The translations under genes and the position numbers were made by a program. A model generated the notes under the pieces. That model was not told the origin of the DNA. It worked only from the letters and a program-made list of their open reading frames with translations, and did no database searches. 63,312 nucleotides of DNA. It comes from Octopus bimaculoides. Taxonomy: Eukaryota. This document shows, piece by piece, positions 53,601 through 63,312 of this stretch (the stretch's first letter is position 1; every line of letters starts with the position of its first letter). The stretch covers positions 13,846,591-13,909,902 of the forward strand of contig NC_068997.1 in assembly GCF_001194135.2 (NCBI RefSeq), in the 5' to 3' direction.

Positions 53601-54167
53601 ATGTATATAAAAAGATATAGATATTTATATACATATATTTCTCATTTTTTAAATGTTTTATGAAACAGGAATAGATGTGGATTAGTAATACTGATTAAAA
53701 AACTTTTGAACGTTCAGGTTACCTCAACAAATCTGTTCTTCAAAGAAAAAAAGAAAAGGAAAATGAAAACGAAATAAAAATATTTTAAAAAATACAACAA
53801 AGAACCATGCCTTAATATAGAAGAATTATTTTGTAACTAGTATACTTGTGCTGTTAAAAATGATAGCCACTTCAGTTCAACATTCTTTAGCTTTAAAGAA
53901 ATATTCTTTATACTGCAGAACATATTTGTCTTCTGTCTATTTTTTAAAACTTTGTTTGTAAAGTAGGGTTGGTTCAAATCAATGATACAGCAGTTAATAT
54001 GTGGTTAGCTATACCTACTATATTAAGAAAAGTAACAAAACCAGCTTCCCACAAGTTACAGCCTTATATACTTGAAAGTGATGGACACATTGTAAAATAC
54101 GTATTCCTATCAATAATTTTAGCACCAAGCTTAAACATAGCATAACATTTGTTTTGCCTACACCCTG

Positions 54168-54231
54168 TAGTAGTAGAAGTAGTAGTAGCAGCAGCAGCTG
54201 TAGTAGTAGTAGTTGTAGTAGCAGAAGCAAC

Positions 54232-54264
<33 letters not shown>

Positions 54265-54304
54265 TGTAGTAGCAGCAGCAACAGTAGTAGTAGTAGTAGT
54301 AGTA
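54168..54304. repeat. (GTA/GCA)n microsatellite
   Basis: Directly visible. Confidence 0.95.
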
Positions 54305-54528
54305 GTGGTTATTGTTTTGGTGAACCCAGGTAAGTCATAAGTTAGTTGACCTTTGATCAAATGTCAACAGTAGATGTTGGTTCAAATACCAGGGCAGCCT
54401 AAAGGGGTTATTCAAGCTAACATTTTACCTGCCATTATTTGCGGCTTTTTGAGTGTGCTTCAAGATATAAGAAAGAATTACTTCACATTCCTTTGAAAAT
54501 TATAAAATGTTTATGAATTTTTTTATGA

Positions 54529-54571
54529 GGCGCAGGAGTGGCTGTGTGGTAAGTAGCTTGCTTACCAACCA
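54529..54571 (+). mobile_element. SINE family A head, cut off at a (TA)n/N-gap
   Basis: GGCGCAGGAGTGGCTGTGTGGTAAGTAGCTTGCTTACCAACCA. Confidence 0.85.
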
Positions 54572-54589
54572 TATATATANNNNNNNNNN

Positions 54590-54629
<40 letters not shown>

Positions 54630-54765
54630 TCACACACTCATATATAATGGCAGGACAAGTTTCTGTTCATTTTGTGCCAACCAGTTCCACTAAAAAGGTA
54701 TGGGTCAGCTCAGAGCTATAGTAGAAGACAATTATCCAATGTGCCATGCAGTGGAAATGTGAAAT

Positions 54766-54945
54766 AGGTGGCTTAGTGGTTAGGATGTTGGACTCATGAT
54801 TGTAAGCTTGTGGTTTCAATTCCTGGCCTGGGTGATGCATTGTGTTCTTGAGCAAAACACTTCATTTCACGTTGTTTCAGTCCACTCAGCTGGCAAAAAT
54901 GAGTGACCCTGCAATGGACCCGTATTCTATCCATGTGGGGAATAC
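54766..54945 (+). mobile_element. SINE family C
   Basis: GGTGGCTTAGTGGTTAGG...GTTTCAATTCC (B-box-like)...GTGTTCTTGAGCAAAACACTTCATTTCACG. Confidence 0.85.
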
Positions 54946-54989
54946 ACAACCTTACCTTTACCCTTGCCATGCATTGGGATTGAACTCTA

Positions 54990-55420
54990 AACGATGCTGT
55001 TGAGAAGTCAACTTCTTTGTAAGATAACTATGCCTGAAGACATAGGTACTGAACCTGTTATCATGTGCAAAGGCTGGAATGAAATTAGGTGAGTATGCTC
55101 CAGGGATTATATGATGTATGCATGCATTAATGACAGAGGATAAATAAGTTAAGAGAAGAGTGGTGGGCATAGGAGAAGAAAGGCATAGTGTAAGTAAGAA
55201 GACTTCACTGGTACAAATAGAACATCTGTATTCTTGTGAAGGAGGGCCAAGTAATTCAAGTGGCAGGAAGCTGCAGAAAAGGAAGACTAGAAGACTGAGG
55301 TAAAGTGGAAAGGTGTGGTTAAGATTGATCTTAATATACTGGATGCTACAAAGGGGACCACAAGTGACTGTAACAAGTTGCAAGACTATAGTGTAGTGTA
55401 CTACGACAGAAGCCCCAGTT
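54990..55420 (+). mobile_element. RTE-clade LINE 3' ORF remnant
   Basis: AGSCRKGRL...KWKGVVKIDLNILDATKGTTSDCN resembles EG.C.RGRPRKTW.EVVK.DL..LGLT..MT.DR. Confidence 0.55.
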
Positions 55421-56355
55421 GCAACTTTTTCTAGCATTAGAAATTATGACGAAAACTGATGATGGTTATGATGATGATATTGTTGGTGGTGCTGTTACTG
55501 TGTAGTGGCTATATGATGTTTCATATTAAAAGAAAATTACTTCTGTTTTATTTTCTTTGATCTGTATTGTGTGCACGTAGTTAGCAAAGGTTATCTTTAA
55601 TCAATATGCTACCATGAACTTCCACATATGTTCCATAGAAATCCTGTGATGATTGCAATCATTTGGTATGATTTTTTCCCTAAATTCATATACGATTTGC
55701 AAACAAATAATTGCACATTACTTTATCAAGATATAGACAATGTTAGGAGTACAGAGGCACAAAACAAAAGCCAAAAAAAAAAAAGCTAGAAGAAAGTGTG
55801 TACACTGAGAGACGTATTTTATAGTATGAAAAACTTTCTTAACTTGTATATTAACCAGATACTTAATGTGAAATAATTCATAAATAAATATATTTAGTAC
55901 ATATCTTTTGTTATTTCTTCTTTATTTTTCCATCACCATCATAATGTTGTCATCATCATCATCGTCAATAGTAACAGCAAGAACAACTACTGCTGCACAG
56001 TACAAGAGCAGGTGCATTTGTCACTAACTAAATATATATGATTATAGACTTGTTGCCTTTGGTAAATAAAATTATTGTTTTGTGATTAAATAGTTCGGTG
56101 GAAACATCTGTACATCAGCCTAACAGATAAGTAAATATGAACATAGTTAATGTATTCAGCATTAAAATGTAGATAGAAATAAATATATAGTGGGGAATAA
56201 TAACAATTTTAGTCAAGGTCTGATGCTATTATCATTTTCTATAGTAAGTATGGGAGACAGTTCTATATATGTCTACACATCAATCTGACTTCATCAGTAT
56301 AGAATTCTGCTCACTGGTAGATGTAAGAGTGAAAGAATAACTAAGTAAGTTAGTA

Positions 56356-57169
56356 CAGTAATCCCTCGACTATCGCGGATGTTATGTTCCAACCCCTCCA
56401 CCCATGATACATGAAAATCCACGAAAGTAGAATCAGTACTCTCTTTTACCGGTTTCAGTCATTTGACTGCGGCCATGCTGGAGCACCGCCTTTAGTCGAG
56501 CAAATCGAACCCAAAACTTATTCTTTGGAAGCCTAGTACTTTTTCTATCGCTCTCTTTTGCCGAACCGCTAAGTTACGGGGACGTAAACACACCAGCATC
56601 AGTTGTCAAGCGATGTTGGGGGGACAAACACAGACAAAAACATATACACACACATACATATATATATATACATATATACGACGGGCTTCTTTCAGTTTGC
56701 GTCTGACAAATCCACTCACAAGGCTTTGGTCGGCCCGTGGCTGTAGTAGAAGACACTTGCCGAAGGTGCCATGCAGTGGGAATGTACCCGGAACCATATG
56801 GTTGGTAAGCAAGCTACTTACCACACAGCCTTATTATTTTTATAATTTGTATACATTTATTCTATTATAAATGTAAAACAACACCACACATTCGCCTCCT
56901 GAGTTTCATTTTCCATACAGTATGTGTGATTCTTTGTTTACTCATATACGGTACTGTATTTTTATTTATTAATTTATTAATTTTTAAGCGTGATAATGCT
57001 TATTTTACCACAGAAATAATTAAAATCTAAAAAAATATAATACCTATTGGCCCCAGAAACCCACGATATATTGAGGAGTATATGATATAAATTTACATAT
57101 ATTAGCCAGAAAAATCCACGATGTGCTGAGGGTGTGATACGTGAACTACGATATGGTGACTGATTACTG
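56356..57169. mobile_element. Tigger/pogo-like non-autonomous DNA transposon (Tc1/mariner superfamily) containing a SINE
   Basis: TA|CAGTAATCCCTCGACTATCGCGG...CTACGATATGGTGACTGATTACTG|TA: TA on both sides, inverted CAGTAATC termini and subterminal AATCCACGA repeats. Confidence 0.75.
56441..56830 (-). mobile_element. SINE family A, near full length, inserted in the MITE
   Basis: Complete body from CTCTTTTACCGGTTTCAGTCATTTGACTGCGG to GCTACTTACCACACAGCC. Confidence 0.92.
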
Positions 57170-57759
57170 TATTAGATAATTCAGATACCATCATTATATG
57201 CTACATATCCTTTTTTGCAAGGGGTAAGTGGCAAATAAACACATTCATAATATATGCATATGCATGCGTATAAATGTGTGTATGTAAGGTCTGTATGACA
57301 TTTAACTTGATATTACATGTAACTCAAATGTCACACACACATATATATATATAATCAACAAATGTGATGAAAATTTTCCTAACAAAAATCATCAAATAAC
57401 TTCTAATTGATCATTGGTATTGTAAATGAAAAGGTAAGTAATTAACAGCGTGAATTCCGATGAAGAAATTTAGCACTTTTATTCATCTACATCACATAAT
57501 TATAACAAACAAAGTTTGAATTCAAAAGCAGCAGTCTGTATGGTCTCTCAAGAATTAACAAGAATAAAATGATATATGATACAAAATATCAAAACTGACA
57601 TTCACTTCAAGCCAGAAGACTCTAAACAATATTTGCTATTTATTTCTTGCTGCTCAAAACATAGCAAAATAAATATAACATTTAATCTAGCTACAAGAAT
57701 ATTGCAAAATTCATTTTTGAAATTCTGAAGCTCGAAGTAAAAGACTCCGAAAATTAAAA

Positions 57760-58740
57760 CAAATGCTGCTTGAAAGACAGAACTAAACAAAAATTGATAA
57801 TGGAAAAGGACGTGCCAAAGCAATACTCATGAATTACAAATTATAAAAACAATTCAGATACACAAAATAATTTACCTTACAACACAAGTGAAACAATAGA
57901 GAAACATACGGCAGTATTTATCAGAATATTCCGTCGTTTAAATAAAATCCAAAGAAATCAACTGAAATATGCAAAATAATAATATAGGCGCAGACGTGGC
58001 TATGTGGTAAGAAGCTTGCTTCCCAATCACATAGTTCCAAGTTCAGTCCCACTGTGTGGCACCTTTGGTAAGTGTTTTTTTTACTATAGCCTTGGATTTG
58101 GTAGACGGAAACTTAAAGAAGCCCATATATATATATGTATGTATGTCTATATCTATGTGTCTGTGTCTGACCCACTACTACTACCACCATTACTTGACAA
58201 CTGATGCTGGAGTGCTTATATCCCAGCAACTTAGTGGTTCAGCAAATGAGACTGATAAGTACTAGGTTTACAAAGAATAAGTCCTGGGGTCGGTTTCTTC
58301 AACTAAAACCCTTTAAGGTGGTGCTCCAGCATGGTCACAATCAAATGACTGAAACAAGTAAAAGAATAAAAGAATAATGAAAAAAGCAAGAAAAATCCTA
58401 AAAAATTACTTAACAGTGCCAAACTACGCAATACAAAACCAAGACTGATAGTGAAAAGTATAGTCACTCTGACTACTGAATCTACATCAAACTTATAGGA
58501 GACATATTATAGAATTATATCAGGACATGTTCTTTGTAAGAAAAAAGACCCCACAAGTTTTTCAAGTTATCTTATTAAATGTAACAGTTGTCACAAAGAC
58601 AGGACAAATGAAATTTACTTTGAGAAAAACAGACTAAATATTCATTGGGAAAATATGAGATTCTAATATCTTAATACCAAACAGATTCCATTAAGTGAAC
58701 ATTTGAAGCAGAGTGACAGGTTGTTTTAGTGAATCACTAA
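57760..58740 (+). mobile_element. Penelope-like element remnant (linker plus GIY-YIG region), interrupted by a SINE
   Basis: ETYGSIYQNIPSFK*NPKKSTEICKIII, then the SINE, then SKKNPKKLLNSAKL...YLIKCNSCHK...RLNIH...QIPLSEHLKQ. Confidence 0.6.
57987..58377 (+). mobile_element. SINE family A, near full length
   Basis: GGCGCAGACGTGGCTATGTGGTAAG head through GGTGCTCCAGCATGGTCACAATCAAATGACTGAAACAAGTAAAAGAATAAAAGAA tail. Confidence 0.92.
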
Positions 58741-58965
58741 AATAACCTGTCCTTCTGCTTTGTCATGTTCAAACAAAGCCACAGATCAAATATGGGTAGA
58801 AAACAAAATAAAGAAAGAAAAAAGAAAATATGTTCGTTAAACATATGGAGTATGTCTGAATAAGCTGCAACCACATATTAAATGGTGACATTACACTATA
58901 GCAGTTCCCATATACAGGCACAAATACGTAGGCAACCATATTCAAAGTTATTTTTCTTTATTTAG

Positions 58966-59358
58966 TTTTGTGGATGTTATCTTGGTGTGGATATTATCAC
59001 ATGGCGCATTCACTGGATTAGCAAACCCTTGTGTTTTAAGACATCTATCGTCCATAGGGTCACATCACTTCGTATACAGACATAACACATTTGTTATCCA
59101 TATTGTCACACAAAACAATCACTGCTCTAATTCAACCTTGACTTTTGGGGCAGCTATCATTCATACAGCCACATGATCCACTGGCATCATGAACTTTGAG
59201 AAACCAAATTGCACTTTGACCGATGGTCAATTAAATTACATCTCTATAAAAGAGCATATTGTTAAATTCGAATCAAACTTGACATAAATGCTGCATGACA
59301 ACTGGACCTTCCATACCACTCTGCTTGAAGAAAATCATGAAGTTCTGAAACTGATCAG
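58966..59358 (+). other. Candidate spliced exon (probably mostly 5' UTR, ending in MLHDNWTFHTTLLEENHEVLKLI-)
   Basis: Non-repetitive, balanced-composition block bounded by TTTTTCTTTATTTAG| and CAG|GTAAGG. There is an ATG at 59288 open to the donor. No frame is open across the whole block, and no homology is recognised. Confidence 0.35.
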
Positions 59359-61012
59359 GTAAGGAAAATATAAAGAGAATTATTTCAAAAACTCCAACTG
59401 TATATTTCAATCATTCTTTTTACCATATATTTTGTACTGTGTTTATGGAACCTTCTGGCTAATAAAGCAAGGATAATTCTTATATTTTCTATTTCTTGAA
59501 ATATGATTTATTTAACATTGTTGCAATTATTCATTTCGTTTTTTTTCCTTTCAATATTATCTTCTTCTTCATCATTATTATTATTGTTGTTGATGTTGTG
59601 GTTATTATTATTATTTTGTGTGTTACTTGTCTAATTTGTGAAATTAATTGGACATGTTTGTTTTATAAAAGTAGTGCTTAGAGTCAGATAGAAAAAAAAC
59701 GTACTTATACTCACACATACATGCATAAAAGTGTGTGTGTGTAGATATATACATGTATTCATATGTATATAATTTTATTTTTTAATTGTGTTTTACATAC
59801 GTGTACCTTGTTATATGGTAAAAGTAAGCCAGAACATCACATTATTAATTGGAGAAGAAGAGATGATGATGATGATGATGATGATGATGAAAATATTTTA
59901 TTTGAAATATGTAAGAACCATAATCATCATTGAAGAGAAAAAAATTACCAGATGAAAATGACAAAAATGAAATAAATAAATTGTTAATAAATACATAAAT
60001 AAATGATTATAATTATCTAAATTTTTGGAATCAGAAATGGAAAAAAAAAATTTTTTCCTCTTCAAATTTGAAATGAAATAACAAAAGAAAAGAAAGAAAA
60101 ATTTCTGTTCAGTAAATAAAAGAAAAAATAATCCAGAATGGAAAACTTTGAAAGTCTTATTAATCTGATAATAACATCAAGGTTCACTGACAGAGCTAAA
60201 ATATGAATTTATCTAATGTGTATTTTTCATTCTTTCAATATATAACATACAAATTATACCAAAGAATGAATTAAAATCTTCTGGCAGGAAACTTCAACAG
60301 CCAATTATTTCTTCAAAATTTCCTTCTGACAGAAAGTGATTGAACTTCAACTACCAGTCTTTTTCTGGTGTATATATATATATATATATATATATATNNN
60401 NNNNNNNNNNNNNNNNNNNNNNNNNNNNNNNNNNNNNNNNNNNNNNNNNNNNNNNNNNNNNNNNNNNNNNNNNNNNNNNNNNNNNNNNNNNNNNNNNNNN
60501 NNNNNNNNNNNNNNNNNNNNNNNNNNNNNNNNNNNNNNNNNNNNNNNNNNNNNNNNNNNNNNNNNNNNNNNNNNNNNNNNNNNNNNNNNNNNNNNNNNNN
60601 NNNNNNNNNNNNNNNNNNNNNNNNNNNNNNNNNNNNNNNNNNNNNNNNNNNNNNNNNNNNNNNNNNNNNNNNNNNNNNNNNNNNNNNNNNNNNNNNNNNN
60701 NNNNNNNNNNNNNNNNNNNNNNNNNNNNNNNNNNNNNNNNNNNNNNNNNNNNNNNNNNNNNNNNNNNNNNNNNNNNNNNNNNNNNNNNNNNNNNNNNNNN
60801 NNNNNNNNNNNNNNNNNNNNNNNNNNNNNNNNNNNNNNNNNNNNNNNNNNNNNNNNNNNNNNNNNNNNNNNNNNNNNNNNNNNNNNNNNNNNNNNNNNNN
60901 NNNNNNNNNNNNNNNNNNNNNNNNNNNNNNNNNNNNNNNNNNNNNNNNNNNNNNNNNNNNNNNNNNNNNNNNNNNNNNNNNNNNNNNNNNNNNNNNNNNN
61001 NNNNNNNNNNNN

Positions 61013-61917
61013 CTCTCCCTCTTTCTCTTTTTCTCTCTCTCGTTGCTCACAATTGACCATCGTCCATCTTTCTTTTCCTCACGTAACCATCTTTTTTTCT
61101 TGCCCAGACGTTTAAACGAACGGACGTGTTTTTCTCGCTCTTGTAATCTTTTCTCTTAAAAAAAAAAGTTTCTCCCAGCATTCATTATTTTCCTCTCGTT
61201 CTGGTCTAACTACCCTCTATGTTTGTTTTCGTTCGGTTTCCTTGTATGTTCCCACTGTCATTTTTTTTTTGAGAGAGGTAGAGGAGAGAGAGCGGGGAGG
61301 GAGAAAAAGAGAGAGAAGAGGAGAGAGGAAGAGAAGCGAGAGAAGGGGAGGGAAGATGGAGAGAAGTGAAGGAGAAAGCTAGAAAGAAAGATGTACAGCC
61401 AGACAAATAAAAGGAAAGATAAGCAAAGACAGAAATAGATCAGATAAATACATAGATAGATAAATGTCCTGTAATTATGGTGTAATCTTCGCAGTACGAT
61501 TATCATTGTTAATGGCCATTTTAATTATAAACTGAGTGAATCGTTAGTCCATCAGACAAAATTGCTGGCAGTATTTCTTTGTGATTTTCGCATTCTGAGT
61601 TCAAATTCTGCTGAAATCTCTTTGCCTTTCATCCTTACGGCGTCGACAAAATATATTCCAGTTGACTACTGGAGTTAATGTAATCAACTTACCCACTTTC
61701 CCTCAAAATTACTGACCTACTGATAAAATTTGAAACCATTATTATTTTACCTTTGTATATTATGCATATATCTCTTCTTTCCCAGTGTATATCATATATA
61801 ACTTTTTTTTATTCATGATTTTATTATTATATGTAAACCCCCACACTTTATGTCTGTCTCTGTATTGTCCCCCTCGTCCATCGCCCTCGTGGCAAATAAT
61901 TGAAGTCATTATTATTA

Positions 61918-61950
<33 letters not shown>

Positions 61951-62548
61951 GGAAACGAATGAACACCTGTACGAGACCGCTGTCGAGAAATTGATTTTTA
62001 AATTAATTAATTTAGGAAAAGCTTTTGTTTATTTACTTTCTGTTCCAATGTTACGAACAGAATGCATATGAACTTTTGAGGGCTTTTGAACAACGAACAG
62101 CCTGAATATAGTTACATGGTGAACTGAAAACAAACCACACTGCTTGAACGAGACAGTTGCTTATAGTTACTGTCAACGAACATATCTAAAGAGCAAGAGA
62201 AATACGAACTCACACAAACACACATACTCGCACAAAAAAAAGACCAGCATACTGATACACACACACACACATATATATATAACAACATAAATAATATATA
62301 AATATATGCATATATCCATACATATATGTACATACCTACATCTATATGTATACATACATGCATATATGCGTACAGGACATCACAAAAAAACGTTAAACAC
62401 AATGAGAAACGAAAACATAAAGACGAAGACAGAAAACGAACTTTTATTCGAACAACGAAAAAAAAAACAAAGAGAGAAACGAGACATGCAACATAAAGAA
62501 TATTTCCCTTCTTCAGTTGTCCCTGTTCCATCTACTCCACGTTTCGAA

Positions 62549-62601
<53 letters not shown>

Positions 62602-62680
62602 TATACATATATATACATATATATATATACGAAACTTCGTTGGAACAGTTGTTCCTGCAAAAAGCGACGTCTTTAGTTTC
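61013..62680. promoter_or_regulatory. CpG-enriched, promoter-like segment
   Basis: Hand counts: about 11 CpG in 61013-61260 and about 20 in 62041-62680, versus about 3 in 59401-60360. Confidence 0.35.
61541..61738 (+). mobile_element. SINE family B, diverged
   Basis: TTCTGAGTTCAAATTCTGCTG...TTTGCCTTTCATCCTTACGGCGTCGACAAAA...AAATTTGAAACC. Confidence 0.75.
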
Positions 62681-62767
62681 ACTCAAGTAATTTCATCTTC
62701 AAAATTCACAAGATATTGGTTGACTCATAGCTGCAGTAAAGAATGGTATCTAACAGTATAGGATGCT

Positions 62768-62872
62768 GGGACCGAACCAAGGGTCATGTGGTTCAACAGT
62801 GCACTTCTTAAACACATAGCCACGCAACTGATATAAAGAATACTTCCACCGACCAATTTCCACTCACAAAGC
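62768..62872 (-). mobile_element. SINE family A, diverged head fragment
   Basis: GGGACCGAACC...TCATGTGGTT...CACATAGCCACGC; CCACTCACAAAGC. Confidence 0.55.
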
Positions 62873-63281
62873 AGAGGTTAACTTGGTTTACTAGGTCATA
62901 ACCAATGTTTACTATTGCAGCATGGTAAGACCAATGCATAAACATTTTTTTTTCATATTCAATTACCATCTGTATTATAACACACAACTGTCTTACAGAA
63001 ATTGTTTACTTTGATGTCGGACTTACTGGTTGACTTTCTGAAAACAATTGAAAGGATTTAGGATTTCAAAATAACTGGGGCTCCTTAGAAAAGAGAAGAT
63101 AGCAAAATGATTATTTACCGTGAAAATAGACTATAATTGCTAGTAACTCACCTCTGTTCATATTTACTTTCATTTTGAATATTGGTATTATTTATTTTTA
63201 TTTTGAAATTTTTACATTAATTTTTAAATATATATTACTGAGAGCTAAAGAAAAATATATTTATAAAAAAAAGTAAAGAAC

Positions 63282-63312
<31 letters not shown>

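Noticed and set aside
54529-54830. tRNA genes
   Set aside because: The A-box and B-box-like sequences belong to SINE heads and continue into SINE bodies; no full cloverleaf is evident anywhere in the window.

Overview
AT-rich, repeat-saturated eukaryotic DNA. The SINE families, LINE remnants and extreme (TA)n/(CA)n/(GAT)n load match octopus (coleoid cephalopod) DNA; this is recognised from memory, not from a database search. The assembly is a short-read type, with 16 N-gaps, most bordered by (TA)n. I found no credible complete protein-coding gene. The ORF track is almost entirely microsatellite, N-gap or low-complexity artefact, and the few real protein signals are dead transposon fragments. 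Contents: dozens of SINE-type copies in about five families (working labels A-E), RTE-clade LINE remnants, two restriction-like-endonuclease (RLE) non-LTR C-termini, two Penelope GIY-YIG fragments, a Tigger/pogo-like MITE, a piggyBac-like MITE and a mariner end. Several of these are nested, with readable target-site duplications (TSDs). Near the right end there is a candidate spliced exon (58966-59358), a CpG-enriched promoter-like segment (61.0-62.7 kb) and an ATG|GTAAGA donor, together suggesting the 5' end of a plus-strand gene. The most unusual unexplained structure is a ~620 bp array at 46583-47200. It has about 17 quasi-palindromic units in two alternating variants separated by purine-rich spacers, with nine TTCnnnGAA (STAT/GAS-type) sites, several kB-like sites and a fixed 30-32 bp A-to-B spacing. 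Nothing here demonstrates a new biological system; the array is the best lead.
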